NCBI GenBank assembly: GCA_964188305.1
Contig: OZ076896.1
From: Podarcis bocagei
Taxonomy: Eukaryota
Length of the DNA: 64,000 nucleotides
Reading direction: 5' to 3' (one strand)
The notes below the pieces were generated by a model. The model had not been told where the DNA came from and did not search any database. It saw nothing but the letters and a program-made list of their open reading frames with translations. This document shows positions 1 through 13,284 of the stretch, piece by piece. A program made the translations under genes and the position numbers. The first letter of the stretch is position 1; every line of letters begins with the position of its first letter.

Positions 1-268
1 CCCGTTGCTCGGTCCCAGCGCCTGCCAACCTAGCAGTTCGAAAGCACCCTCGAGTGCATGTAGATAAATAGGGACCGCTTACTAGCAGGAAGGTAAACGG
101 TGTTTCCGTGTGCGGCTCTGGCTCGCCAGAGTAGCTTTGTCACGCTGGCCACGTGACCCGGAAGTGTCTGCGGACAGCGCTGGCTCCCGGCCTCTAGAGT
201 GAGATGAGCGCACAACCCTAGAGTCTGTCAAGACTGGCCTGTACAGGCAGGGGTACCTTTACCTTTTT
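1..268 (+). mobile_element. Sauria-type SINE (5' end outside window)
   Basis: AGCAGTTCGAAAGCAC core; ends in GGGGTACCTTTACCTTT tail. Confidence 0.8.
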
Positions 269-295
269 AAAATTCTGCAGGCTCTCAATACTTAC

Positions 296-470
296 ATCTA
301 AGTACTGTTTGACTATATTCCTCTTCACTTCATCTGTGAGCTTGGAATGAGCCATATCACTTCGAAGGAAGTCTAGCGTCTGTTTTGGATGGAAATGAAT
401 TCCTGCCTTCCTGTTTATTGTTTTATCGTATACTTTTGCCGATTCAGAGGGAGAGTATTTCTGAATTTTA
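296..470 (-). CDS. NIPBL: NIPBL exon 45
   Basis: KIQKYSPSESAKVYDKTINRK...VKRNIVKQYLD; 175 nt. Confidence 0.95.
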
Positions 471-966
471 CTGTTATCAAGAAAACAAAATGAATGCTTG
501 AAGTTAATAATATTTCCCCACATCCTTTGAAAGTAGAATCTATAAGCAATTCTTCTGAGTCCCTTAGGTCAAAATTCTTAGAAGAAGAGGAGTTTGGATT
601 TGATATCCTGCTTTATCACTACCCGAAGGAGTCTCAAAGCGGCTAACATTTTCCTTTCCCTTCCTCCCCCCCCCCCCACAACAAACACTCTGTGAGGTGT
701 GCATCTGAACTGTGATAATAGTTTTGCTTGCCTGAATAAAGGTTGGAGAGATGGGTTGGGTGTGCAGGAGGAAAGATCTGACTTTCGCATGGCTGGAATG
801 TAACCTATAGCAAGAGTCACATCCCTTGCTCCACCAAGTTTTGCTTCCAGCCCCACCCATCACTGCCATGCACACCCTAGAACTTGCTCGCAAAAGAATG
901 CAGCTCCCAGACTGAAAAGCTTCCCCACTCCTGAGATAAAGTAAGCAAAACATGAATGCTCCTCAC

Positions 967-1259
967 CTGTCAGAAAATCCACAGAGGTTCTTCAAATGCT
1001 GTTTTAACATCAACAGCAACAATATGCCCTGGGAAACATTTGCAAATTCAATGAGAGGAGCTGAATTGTCTGGCAAACATTTCATGACAGCATTTATATC
1101 ATTTTCTTCATCAGTATCTGAATCAGACTCTGCACGTTTTCGCAACTTTCGGGGTTTGTGAACTTCCTCCTCACTGTCGCTGTCACTTTCACTGTTACTT
1201 TCACTCTCACTCTCTTCATCAGATGATGGCTTCCTTTCTTTTTTATATTTCACCATAGA
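967..1259 (-). CDS. NIPBL: NIPBL exon 44
   Basis: SMVKYKKERKPSSDEESESE...PLIEFANVSQGILLLLMLKQHLKNLCGFSD; 293 nt. Confidence 0.95.
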
Positions 1260-2248
1260 CTGAAAGAAAATGGCAGGTAGTTTAGAAAAATAGCAAACAC
1301 CATTATCAATATATTATAAAAAGGGATTTGAAAACCGTTCTGACATGTAGTCATTCACCCGTATGAACTATCAAGAGAAATTAAGTGGTGAGATTTTGGG
1401 AAAGCAGGCTCAAAGAAACTACACACACATCTAAGCTATTAAATATTCAACTCAGAATACATTCAATGCGTCCCACAAGACGACAGGATTGCTTAACTTG
1501 ATTACCAGCAGCCCCTTACATGGTTGCAGCATTTCTTTTTTAATGTATGGGTGATCAATCTGCAGTGGGAGTGCAGGGCCCCAGCTGGTAGGCACAAGAT
1601 TTGTGGCACGTTCGGAAAACAGCAATAGGGTTCATGGATCTGGTTACAGTACACAGACATACACTCTTGTCTGGCTTTCCTAATACCATGTTTCTGCCTA
1701 GACTAGGTAGATTTGAGGCAAAGCCATCGTAAGGCAGAGGCGTAGGAAGGTCATGTGCTACCCAGTGTGGAAAATTTCTTGCCCCCCCAACACATTTATT
1801 TATTTATTTGCCTGCAAAAATTGTTTTATGTTATTTCATATTTTCTTACAAAGGAATGTGGATTCCGGGCCTCTGATAACAAGTAGGCAACTATGGACAG
1901 ATACTTAAATCTACAGGATGCATGTGTTTTGGCTTGTGTTATTTTATTTATAATTATTGTTTATTTATTTAATAAAATTTATTTTTTAAAACCTGCAAAG
2001 TGGTTTACCAAAACAAAAAACAAAACAAAAAAACCCACAGCAGTAAAATCAATAAAAATTGGCTGCGTGCAGGGGGTGAAGACAAGGCAAGGCCTAATCT
2101 ACTCAGCCTAGTCTCATTTTTTTCACATAAGACGACTTTCCAGGACCAGGAAAGCCCAGCGGAGGGTAGGGCAGTAGGGTGGTTCATAAACTTTTTTTAA
2201 AAAAAATGCCTGCTCCAAAGGTGTTATCTTACTAAACTAGGGATTATA

Positions 2249-2789
2249 CAGTGGTGCCTCGCAAGACGAAATTAATCCATTCCGCGAGTCTCTTCGTCTT
2301 GTGGTTTTTTCGTCTTGCGAAGCACGGCTATTAGCAGCTTAGCGGCTATTAATGGCTTAGCGGCTATTAACGGCTTAGCGGCTTTAAGAAAAAGCAAACA
2401 AACTCGCAAGAACTCGCAAGACGTTTCGTCTTGCAAAGCAAGCCCATAGGGAAATTCGTCTTGCGGAATGACTCAAAAAACGGAAAACTCTTTCGTCTAG
2501 CTATGCCCCGCAAAACGAATGCCTCGCAAGACGGAAAACTCGCTAGACGAAAGAGTTTTCCGTTTTGGAGGTGCTTCGCAAAACGAATCTCCTATGGGCT
2601 TGCTTCGCAAGACGAAAATGTCTTGCGAGTTCCTGCGGGGGTCCCCCCCCCTTTCTAAGCCGCTTATCAGCTGATCCGATAAGCCGCTAATAGCGCTAAT
2701 CCGTCAATGGGCTTGCTTCGCAAGACGAAAAAACCGCTAGACGAAGAGAATCACAGAACGGATTCTTTTCGTCTTGCGAGGCACCACTG
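2249..2789. mobile_element. MITE family B, inverted-dimer/composite copy
   Basis: TIR CAGTGGTGCCTCGCAAGACGAA; TA flanks; two opposed halves. Confidence 0.85.
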
Positions 2790-2936
2790 TATCTGAAATT
2801 TCATGCATATTAGTTAATATCTTGACCCTGCTCCACTGAATTGAAATTTCAGCCTTCACGACATAGGAAAACGGCCAAGTAAACAGCTATTTTTGTGGAG
2901 GAGAGAGGCAATGTTGTATAATATAATTCCACTTAC

Positions 2937-3083
2937 CTCCTTAAATGACTGGAGAAGGTTACTACCAGAAACTGATAATGTGATGTCTATATGGTGCATT
3001 ATAAAAAGTGGCTCTTCCTGGGTTTGGTAAGGAAAACAGGCTAGATTGTCTGCTATGTACAAAAGCTGATTCACCTCCGTTTT
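2937..3083 (-). CDS. NIPBL: NIPBL exon 43
   Basis: KTEVNQLLYIADNLACFPYQTQEEPLFIMHHIDITLSVSGSNLLQSFKE; 147 nt. Confidence 0.96.
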
Positions 3084-3827
3084 CTGTGGAAGTAGAAGAA
3101 AATAATAACAGACAAACACACATATACAATCATTTCTGTGCTCAATGAGCTCCATGCCACATTCTTGCTCCTTGAATACAGTATCCAGTGAGTTCCACCC
3201 AACATTTTTCTGGGGAGGGGGGATTTCCAAGTGTGACATCGCGTGTGCCGCAAGGCCCACAACCATTGCAAGACCTGGCCCCTCAAGATTGGTAGGCTCA
3301 GCCCTGTCCCAATAGATTCTTTGGGTGGGGGGTGGCTGAAGACATCTCAGCCCTATAGAGTTGGCACATTTAGACGGCATGGAGGAGATTCCGTTGTGCA
3401 AAGGCAAAGTAGTGGATTCCTACTACTTTGAATACAAACCATTATGCCTATTCCAAGTTATGAGCATGAAAAGCTCTTGCAATTGTAGCCACTGAAACAT
3501 CACAGAAGGAATGGATTCTGTCTCCTGGTGCCTCTACCCACTCCAACTATAAATACAGGGGCTGTGCCAAAAAAAACATAGAGCTCTTTTGGCATTGGAA
3601 GGAAGCTAAGATGAACCAGGAAAGCCACAAAACATTCTGGGAAGAGAGAGGGATGGGTTTCACTCCTGTCAAGGAGAAGAAGTGAAAACTCAAATCTGAC
3701 CAAGCAACTGCCTTGTTAACCCTAAGGATGGAATCCCGCATTTAGGAAAACCTATAAATATTATTGAATCAAGTTTAGCACTGTGTAGGGGGAATGCAAC
3801 TTCATTTTTGTTAGCAATTCTCCAGGC

Positions 3828-3957
3828 CAGCCTCCCCCAACCTGGTGCCCTCTAGATGATCTGAACCCCCATCAGCCCCAGCTAGCATAACCAATGGTTA
3901 AGGATGATGGGAATTGTAGTCTAAAATATCTGGAGGGCACATGATTGGGGACGGCTG
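3828..3957. mobile_element. Degenerate hAT-type palindromic MITE
   Basis: Shares the GATGATGGGAATTGTAGT core with 39808-39943; degenerate TIR and TSD. Confidence 0.6.
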
Positions 3958-4142
3958 CTCAAGACAATGAAAGAAATAAAAAAAAATGCCAAAGTTCAAC
4001 ATGTCACTACTTAATTTCTATGTAGTTATTATACTGCAACTTTTATACTATTTTCAAAACCAAATATTCTCTCCAAAGCAGATCATACTTCATCAAAAGC
4101 ACTTTTTAAAAAGAGTACAGAAAAGGTCTGCATTAGACTCAC

Positions 4143-4343
4143 AGCTGTGTCATCAAAGAGGTTGAGTAAGGAAATGAGAAAGGCTCGTCGGTGTTGTCGG
4201 TTTCCTCGGATCATGGAGTAAAGGTGTGAGCACAAAGCACTGCTGGATTCATCATGCCTAAAACCCCTCACAGGATCTTTACGGCAAGTGTTGATTGCTT
4301 GCTGCACCTGGTATGACATCTTCATACCAGCCACTGCTTTCAT
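4143..4343 (-). CDS. NIPBL: NIPBL exon 42
   Basis: MKAVAGMKMSYQVQQAIN...RRAFLISLLNLFDDTA; 201 nt. Confidence 0.96.
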
Positions 4344-4978
4344 CTGAAGTTAAAAACATTTATAAGTCTTCATTTTGCTTAGGAGAAACAGAAAGAGGTT
4401 GCCACAAAGATTTGAGCTCAAACTTATCTGTTTCAGTTTCCCCAATAGCTTTCTAGTGAACAATTTTCAAATCATTTGCTTTTTTATAGCAAACATGCAC
4501 AATTTTGACACACTGATATACATGCTGCAGTTAGGGGAATTATTTGTGTTTTTAATATTTGTAGCCTTTCTAGGCCAAGGAAGAGAAAATATATGTGCGT
4601 TTTCTAGAGCTGTTCTAGTTGAAATGCAAGCATTTTTGTTATAATGTGAATTGAGGCAGAGTTCATATCTACATTCCCAGTTTGTTAACCACAATTTAGC
4701 AAGCTAGGATTGTGCATCAGGCATCATCTCTTCCCTGTGCACAGATCTTGATAAATGTAAGCTACAGTTGGTCATTACTTCCAAAACAGGATTTAATATC
4801 AGATCAAATTGTACTAGTCAGTAAATACATTCCACCACCGTTCCCCATTTTATTAGCAGGTCTGTGACCATATAATAAATGACTGGTTTGTTGGTTGGTT
4901 CCCCATTTTGGAAGTAATTACTGAATGGCTTCACTGGAAAGGAACAAAAATAAGCACAACAAACAGAAGCATACATAC

Positions 4979-5086
4979 ATGAATAAATCCAGCATATTTT
5001 TTGTCAATCTCCACCAGCTGCTGGTCTGCTTTGTTCCTCATAGAAGGTTCTGGATCTGTGCCCATAGCTATTAAGTATGGCACACA
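4979..5086 (-). CDS. NIPBL: NIPBL exon 41
   Basis: CVPYLIAMGTDPEPSMRNKADQQLVEIDKKYAGFIH; 108 nt. Confidence 0.95.
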
Positions 5087-5607
5087 CTGAAAGACAGATA
5101 GACACTTAATGTAAAATCTTCACATATGCCTGCAGATGTCTATATTTTCCTCCTTTTATGTTGTACATGTTTGACATGCTACAAATATCCATAGCCTGCA
5201 GAGCACCATAAAAAGAGGTCTGGAAAGGCTATGCGAACACCACAGAGCTACACTGTGAAAACTGTATAATTCACTTCTTAATTTCAGTTAAGAACAGCAA
5301 AGTAGAATCAATAATACCTGAAAAAGTCACTCAAATAATAGCACAACAGTTTAAACAGGTGGTCGTTTTTGAAACTTTGAACCTTTTTTGGAGCACCTCT
5401 TAAGAGGTTACAGATTCTATGAAAGAAAACCACCAGTTCCTGTGTTATTGTCTATCAGTCTGCAAATAAACAGCTCATTAATGTATTACTGAAATCGTAA
5501 ATTAATTTGCAGATTAACATGTGCAAAAGGTTTTTGTGAATACATTTTTTATTTTACTCCAAAGCAGGTGTATATAGGATAGCAGCCCAAATTATGCAAT
5601 TGCATAC

Positions 5608-5798
5608 CTGAACTGGATGGATAAGACCCTGGTTTAATGTCAGTGCAATAACATTGAGTGCGAAATGACGGACGCTGGACTGCGTGTGAAAGAATGCCTC
5701 AAGGACCTGTTTGAGATAGAGCTGCATGATAGAGCTGCTCATCCCTGAGGAAATATCACCCATTTCTTTCAGATCTTCCTGCTTTGCTACCTTTTTCC
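5608..5798 (-). CDS. NIPBL: NIPBL exon 40
   Basis: KKVAKQEDLKEMGDISSGMSSSIMQLYLKQVLE...QGLIHPVQ; 191 nt. Confidence 0.96.
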
Positions 5799-7104
5799 CT
5801 ATGAAAAAAACAAACGAAAGGAGATGTTTTATCAACACTTTTTATCACATTATATACATGTATATGGTTTTTCATACTATATGGAACACAGGTTGGGAAC
5901 AGGCTTCCTAAGGAGGTATGTGCAATTTTTTAGTCGTACTGCTTAACTCCTTCCTAACCAAATCCCTGGTCCAACATTTGTATGCTTTGCTGGAAACACA
6001 GAAACAGCATCTCATTCTTCCCTACTAACTCATTTCATCAATATAACATCACAACATTTCAGCATGTGCCTCCTCAGTAATTGGGATGACTGAAAGGCCT
6101 CTTCAGAAATACCATCACCGCTGAAGATCAAAAGATACAGTTTAAGCCCAAGCTTGATACCTGTGTCAAAAACATGGAGGAGCATAAACTTCTTTGTTGT
6201 TTTCAGCTGCAAATGCTTAAAGTTTCATTACCTCTACAGGAGAAAAGCATTGCTTATTTCAGGATATGAAACCACACAATATCATTTCTGTTGTGGTTTA
6301 CTACAGAGGTAGAAGAAAGACTGGAAGGGGAAGTGCCTTCTAGTTTAACTATCCAGATAAGTCTTTCTTCTAAAAGAACCTGCCACCAATTCAAAGTTTG
6401 GGGGGGGGGGGAGAGAGTTTGCAGCAATTGCTCGAAAAAATCCAAGTATAGTTGAAAACTGAGCCAGAGCTCCTCAGAAGCCCCATCACTCTAGAGCAAG
6501 TAGGTGAGAAACTGGAAAACAGCAGTTACTTTTGCAACTGCCATTGACAAAGGTTCTTTGAATAATTTGCATAAGCCCCGCCTGCTGAAGCAAGTGGGAG
6601 GAGTAATCCACTCCAGGGTAGCTGCCTCCAATGATGGAGAAACTACTTTTAACAGCCATTGTTTAAGTCCTTTTCTACATATGAAAAAGGCTAAAGTGGA
6701 AGAGGAGACTGTACCACTTCATACTCCAGGTGGTAGTTGCTATGCTTTTAATGCTCCCTCTCAAGAAACCTTCTCTGAAAAGCAACACACACACAGTTCT
6801 GGCACAGCACTTTCACTGCTACGCCACTTTTCTTCTTGCAAATATGTTTTTACTTTGGGGGGTGCATTCAAAATGTGATTATACACCTTAGGTTTACTGC
6901 TTAAACTGCATTCAACCATTTCATTCTGCTGCACGTATAGATCTTTCCTAGTTTGTTATCCCATTATCTGTAAAGTTTTCAATGCACAGAAAGCTCTTTG
7001 TGAAAACATCATCAGAGATGGAACTGAAAACTAAGTTGCAGTTACTTGATATTAATTACTTCTTTAAAACGTTTACTTAAAGTGCAACAATGCTCATCAC
7101 TCAC

Positions 7105-7278
7105 ATTCTCTATCTGCCTGTTGCATCCGTGTATCTTCCTCTTGGAGGTATGTTTGGAGATTTTTTAACACCTGGATTTTTAAGTTTACTGAGCTGTTCT
7201 TATCAGAGAGTATGCTGTTGTATAATGTTTTCACTTCTTGTTCAAACATTAGACCTGGGTGTTGTATGAATGCAAACC
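7105..7278 (-). CDS. NIPBL: NIPBL exon 39
   Basis: FAFIQHPGLMFEQEVKTLYN...LQEEDTRMQQADRE; 174 nt. Confidence 0.96.
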
Positions 7279-8092
7279 CTGAAAGAAAATAAGATGATAC
7301 AATTTGGTATATCCTTTTACTGAAGCAGATTTTAAAAGAAAGTCCTGAGTGTTTATAAAAGGCCACATTCATATTTGCAGGCAACTTTATTTCAAATTCC
7401 TTTTGAAAAGATACTGTGGCACATTGTGGAATAATATTAGCTGCCTTACGACAGGACACAAAAAGTATATAGATACACAAAGTGGGTACTAGCCCATTTT
7501 AGAAGCATCATAATTTCTCTGAAGTGTAAAACTTGCTTGCATAGAACTGAACTCTTACAATGATCTATCTCAACACAGAAGCAAATTCTCATGGTGTCGA
7601 CCATTCTACATAGGGGTTCCATTCCTGGCCCTTGTGCGTGTCGGCAGAGTGCATATTATTCTGTCCTGCCCCTGTTCCGCCCCCTTCTGGATCCAAAAGG
7701 ACATCATGTCAGCACAAAATGGTCACTGCCTATATTTGAATAGCAATTGCTCTGAATCATCATAACCAAGAACTCATAATTAATCCTGAGTGTCTGTTCA
7801 GCAAATGCAAAGGTAACTTCTATTATCAAAACAACTTCAATCCAGTGCAGGTTACTTCTGGAGGCGGGACAGGAGGCATTTTCCACCAATTTCTCCTTTC
7901 CCTTGCAAATTTCCAGTTCCACCTGCCATCTACCAACTCTCTGGAGCAGATGGGGCATGTAGGAGGCTGCAGGGGAAAGCAGAAATCAGCAGAAGCTATC
8001 TTTCTTGCTTCCACCAACAGAACTTTGGTAGCAGAATTCCACTATAGGCAAATCTGTGTGCATCTAATATCACAGTATTTCGAGGTTCTTAC

Positions 8093-8183
8093 CTAGACCA
8101 ATAATGGCTTTTGTTTGTACCTCCTCATCTGAATGTTTGGTAAAATACATCAGCAGCTCAAGTACTTTATCCTTAATGTTAAC
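8093..8183 (-). CDS. NIPBL: NIPBL exon 38
   Basis: VNIKDKVLELLMYFTKHSDEEVQTKAIIGL; 91 nt. Confidence 0.95.
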
Positions 8184-8351
8184 CTATTTAAAGGGGAAAC
8201 AATGTGGATAATTCAGGGGAAAAAGCTTGGGAAAATTTTCATTCATTTAAAAAGCAATCACATAGGAAAATCTGCTCATCTAAGTTTATTTTTCCCCAAA
8301 ATGTCAGTCTATCCAAATATAGTAGTAAGCAAATAAATACTGAATGTTTAC

Positions 8352-8506
8352 CTTGCTGTTGCCTTTAAAATCTTCTTGATCAAAATCAAAATGCCGACAC
8401 AGTGCACCAACAGTGAAAAGGGATCTAAGGAGTGCTGGTTTATTTGCTGTAAGTATAGTGCTGTTTGGGTCTTCTTGATGTTGACTTTTTAATTTTGAAA
8501 GTGCAC
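8352..8506 (-). CDS. NIPBL: NIPBL exon 37
   Basis: ALSKLKSQHQEDPN...KPALLRSLFTVGALCRHFDFDQEDFKGNSK; 155 nt. Confidence 0.95.
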
Positions 8507-8605
8507 CTGCAAAAAATGAAGAATACTTGTCTTCATAGTTTCTTTTCCTATTAGATGTTTAATTAACTTTCAAATAATGAAAATTCTGCATAAAAATTTA
8601 CTTAC

Positions 8606-8699
8606 CATAGTATCTATTAAAGCAGGCCCATACAAATTTGTAATTCTGAGTGACCTTGTTTACAACAGCCCCAAGACAGCTGACACAGTGTTGCACTAC
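8606..8699 (-). CDS. NIPBL: NIPBL exon 36
   Basis: VVQHCVSCLGAVVNKVTQNYKFVWACFNRYY; 94 nt. Confidence 0.95.
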
Positions 8700-9016
8700 C
8701 TAGAAACAAAGCAGAACACATTAGATTTTGTTAGAAGTAATTTCTAAGACAATACAAAGCAGTCTGTGGAGAAATCAACATCTTGCTCTTATTTTAGCAG
8801 ATGTCAAAAGCTGAAAGCTCTGGGGCTATTATGAGAATACAATTTTATTCTAATATATTTCTAGCTTTCTTCTCTATAAGAAAACTAACATCTCTATAAG
8901 AAGACTAATGAAAATAAAGTGCAGTAAAAACCATTACAAAAATATGAAGTCAAGTCTTATTTAACATGAGTACCGTGCTAATGCAAATTGAGTTTGAAGT
9001 AGAAATTAAACCTTAC

Positions 9017-9157
9017 TGTCATGCCATATTTGATTATAAGCTTCATGAGATCTTCTTCAATAGTAGCAAGGAAAGTCTCACTCGGATGTTCCATCAGTGG
9101 CACTACTAATTCTAAAATTTTTGCAACGTTGCAGATCACCATGAAATCATTTTGACT
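9017..9157 (-). CDS. NIPBL: NIPBL exon 35
   Basis: SQNDFMVICNVAKILELVVPLMEHPSETFLATIEEDLMKLIIKYGMT; 141 nt. Confidence 0.95.
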
Positions 9158-10041
9158 CTACAGAAAAATATTGCATATGGTTAAGCTTCTTCACTCTTCT
9201 TGTGCTGTTATACTACTACATATCTGAATAAAGTGAGTAACAATCACTCCTAGTGATCAATTCCATCTGTTTACAAATACACCTTGAATGGAATATTAAA
9301 AATTATATTGCAGATAGAAAAAAACAGTTGCCAGGATGTGAGTTTAAACAGTTAGCAACTTTATTATAAATAAATAAATGTTAAACTAGCATCAGCAGGG
9401 GTTGACACGAATGGGCATATGAGAAGGGCCCATACCCCAACAGAGCTCACAGTAAAGGGTCCCTAGACCTGATGCAGTGAGGAGATAGGCTTACTGGGGG
9501 AGGGGCATGGAAACCATCTCCAAAACCTGGAGCTGAAACTGCCCTGAAGCAAACAAAAAAGCACATAAGACTAACATGTAGATATTTGTCTAATAAGGTC
9601 CCTTCTGATGTGTACACACAGTGTCTGCATGTTATCACACTTTACCCATTTGCCAAGGGAAGCATTGGAGACCATGCAAACCTATTGGGCACATAAGGTT
9701 TGAAGCTACCCTGAATTAAAGAAGAGTAATCTGCCTGAAAAGGAATGCTTTCTGAGGCACAAGAGAGGACTATCAACCTTTTTCCCAACCCGTGATCTCC
9801 AGTTTGCAAATTTAAAAGCAGCAAGATGTTTACAACTGTTTCCTATGCAGATAACCAATATAAAAATAAAGGAGTAAATCAGGGCAACCCCCGATTCCTC
9901 GGGAAATAGGTTACCTAGGTCTGGTGCCTAAAAGTCAATAGGGAAAGCCAATAACTTTTCTGTTTCCAATTTTCACTTCAAATCATGAGTTTCACATAAC
10001 ATAAGCAGAGGCAATGTGGGGAAACAGTAAGGAGTACTTAC

Positions 10042-10178
10042 ACTGCATTTAGTGGTAAGATATGGCTGCATGGTCATGGCATGTTTGACCATTAACTGGG
10101 GCCTGATTTTGCTGAATAAGAACAAAGTGGTTATGCAAGCTACCAAGCAACTTGAATTCACACCCTTATTGTCGGAAT
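10042..10178 (-). CDS. NIPBL: NIPBL exon 34
   Basis: SDNKGVNSSCLVACITTLFLFSKIRPQLMVKHAMTMQPYLTTKCS; 137 nt. Confidence 0.95.
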
Positions 10179-11280
10179 CTGAAAAATAAAGAAAAAAATG
10201 TAAGTATACATATGCACACACAAACACACTTAACTAATATTCCATTAAGATGTTCAAATATACAAAAACTGTTAGTATTATTTAGTATCATGTGCGTCCT
10301 GGATATATTATGGACAATTAAATCAACAAGCAGAATTAGAACCGAAGCTGCTTGCAATGGCCAGGTCCATGTGCTGCTTCCTGGGGAGGGGAGAACTGTG
10401 AATATCTCATTTGCCCCCCTTCACCCATCAGAGGGCACAGTGCTACCATCCTCCTCTGACTCGAGGATGAGTGCCCTACTGTACTTCAGTCTTGCAGAAG
10501 TCAATGGCTACAAAATAAGGCAAGGGCCCTTTAACAAACCAGCCAGCTCCACCAGCAAGGTGTAGATGCCTTAGGAGGAGAATGTTTCATCCAACAGTGC
10601 CCCCTTGGAGCTGTCTATTATCCTGTTCCTGTCTACTTTCTGGTTTGACATGAAACATCTGCTTCCCCTGCAACACTCAAAGCTTCCATGGGAACATTAT
10701 TTAGATGGGTTTTGATTCCACAAGTAAAGAACTATTGCAATTCAGTTTAAGACCATAAAATGTGCACTGTGTGCTTCATTTTGTAAGGGATATAGTTCTG
10801 AAGGCTGGGTCATAAGAAGCTTTCGCTCAATGTGAACAGGTCCTCCTGTGCCTGCTTTCTAGCTACACAATCACATGATCAAGTGTATTTCATTTATTGA
10901 ATTTATCTGCCACTCTTCCCCTCTAAGGGGACCAAGACAACAAACTCATCCACAACAAATTTTAAAAAGCATTCTAAAACAGTTACCATTAAAAATACCT
11001 AAAAAGTTACAGGTAAAAATATTTCATCCAGTGATCTCAGGATGGCCCTTACAGTATTCTTTAGCCACCAAATGCCTGGTATACAGGAATGTTCTCAAAT
11101 TCCTCCTGAAAGCTAACAGTGTTGGAGGCACACACCTCACTACATGAGGTTTATATAGGAACACACTTCTGCAATAATTCATACAGTCATGTGGAAGGGT
11201 AACTTGAATTCCACCTGGAGCTCTGCTACCCACAAAAAATTCTACATAGCTTATGAATGGAATGTAAATAACTGTTTTAC

Positions 11281-11389
11281 CTGCCAGAGATTCTTCATAC
11301 TTCAGAATGTGTTCAACCAAATTATCCACAAGCTGAGTACAGGCTTTCTTTACAGGCTTATATGAAGCATCTTCTTCAGATTTTAGCAA
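11281..11389 (-). CDS. NIPBL: NIPBL exon 33
   Basis: LLKSEEDASYKPVKKACTQLVDNLVEHILKYEESLA; 109 nt. Confidence 0.95.
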
Positions 11390-11791
11390 CTACAAAGATA
11401 TACAATATGGACAATGTTGATACTCATGGCTAGATTCTGAGAATATACAAGCCATCTTCATATGAAAGCATGTAAAAATAGGAAAGAACTATATTTCTGC
11501 CACACACGGGAAGCAACTGTCAATAGGCCAATAATTTACAAGCAGTGCATTGGAGCAAAAGAAAAGTGTGTGTAGTGGGGTTGGAGGAGGGTGACTTTCC
11601 TCACACCCTCCTGGCAACCCCCTCTCTGAAATGGCTTCCCCAAAAGGTCTTGCTCCCATTTCTGGAAGCAACCTCAAGAATCCACCTTCACCTTCAAACT
11701 CCCATTCCACAGCCTACCCCATTCAGTATAAACCTCAAACTGAGGGAGTTCCATTTTTAGAAAAATTTAAGTTATCTGAACAGTTACTTAC

Positions 11792-11845
11792 ATTTTGAAG
11801 AAGCTGTTCAAACCAATCATACCCTGTATCTCTACAAGCTGCAAC
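11792..11845 (-). CDS. NIPBL: NIPBL exon 32
   Basis: VAACRDTGYDWFEQLLQN; 54 nt. Confidence 0.94.
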
Positions 11846-11919
11846 CTAAGAGAAAATGAAAATTCATTTGCATGTAACTTTTCTACAGTAACATATGTGA
11901 ATATTAAAACATCAATAAG

Positions 11920-12283
11920 AAAAGGTAAAGGACTCCTGGACAGCTAAGTCCAGTCAAAGGTGACTATGGGGTGCAGCTCTCATCTCGCTTCAGGCCAAGG
12001 GAGTCAGTGTTTGTCCACAGACAGCTTTCCAGGTCATGTGGCTAGCATGACTAAACTGCTTCTGGCACAACAGAACACCGTGATGGAAGCCAGAATACAC
12101 GGAAACTCCATTTACCTTCCTGCCGCAGTGGTACCTATTTATCTACTTGCACTAGTGTGCTTTAGAACTGCTGGGCTGGCAGAAGCTGGGAGAGAGCAAC
12201 AGGAGCTCACCCTGTCATGCGGATTCGAACTGCCAACTGCGAACTGCCCAAGAGGCTCAGTGGTTTAGACCACAGCGCCACCC
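11920..12283 (-). mobile_element. Sauria-type SINE
   Basis: Reverse-complement similarity to 1-268; AAAGGTAAAGG tail; tRNA-like head (GGTGGCGCTGTGGTCTAAACC). Confidence 0.8.
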
Positions 12284-12588
12284 ACAATAGTAATATACCA
12301 AATGTAAGTTTTTTCTAACCTTATGACTATTGCTTTATGTTACTGTCGCTTCACTCTGTCTAACCTACATTATTTTTGAAGCAGGGACCTCTTTCCTATT
12401 AGGCTCTGTAAAGTGACATGCTCATTCATAGTACTAATAGGTTTCTGAATAGCATCTCAAATATTTGAAACACCATCTAAGTTCATTAATCATCAACTTA
12501 AGACCAAAGCAGACCAAATGTTTTTTGAAACAATGTCAAATAAACGTGAAATCTGCTTTATATAAATGAAAACTATAAAAATATTATA

Positions 12589-12829
12589 CAGTGGTACCTC
12601 TAGTTACAAACTTAATTTGTTTCGGAGGTCCATTCTTAACCTGAAACTGTTCTTAACCAGAGGCGTGCTTCCGCTAATGGGGCCTCTTGCTGCTGCTGCA
12701 CCACCAGCACACAATTTCCATTCTTATCCTGGGACAAAGTTCTCAACTCGAGGTAACTCTTTCAGGTTAGCGGAGTTTGTAACTTGAAGCATTTGTAAGC
12801 TGAGACGTTTGTAACTCGAGGTACCACTG
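12589..12829. mobile_element. MITE family A
   Basis: TA-CAGTGGTACCTC...GAGGTACCACTG-TA. Confidence 0.88.
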
Positions 12830-13185
12830 TACTGCAGGAGTATTGTTAAACTCTCTTGAAAATATCTGAATCCATTTAACGTTATGTTTACTTAATCAAC
12901 TTCAATCCTACATACATGCTATACCAGAATAGTTGGTTAGTTATAGGGAACCTCACTAAAGACCCAGAGTATTTTACATGTATCAAGGGAGATGTGTGCA
13001 AACTGCAACATTTGCTTGAGCGCTACAGTATGAGAACTCTCAGTCTTTAAAGAATAAACCAACACTAGGGACAGAGGATAATCACCAATCATGTCAAGGA
13101 CAATAACAAAATTAGAACACGTCAGACACAACTCAATTTATCACAATTGATACATTAGTCAATGGGAACAATAGCACTCTCATAC

Positions 13186-13284
13186 CACATCTGTAATGTT
13201 CAATATTTTCCTGGTCATTGCTTCTTTGTCATTATGGGGAGTTGGAGTAAACCACAGCTTCTGGAATGTCTCATTTACCAGTTT
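13186..13284 (-). CDS. NIPBL: NIPBL exon 31
   Basis: KLVNETFQKLWFTPTPHNDKEAMTRKILNITDV; 99 nt. Confidence 0.95.

Noticed and set aside
2249-2789. Recurring CGCAAGACGAA units that look superficially like a CRISPR array
   Set aside because: Spacing is irregular, both orientations occur, and the units are bounded by TIRs and TA in eukaryotic DNA. They are MITE subterminal repeats.
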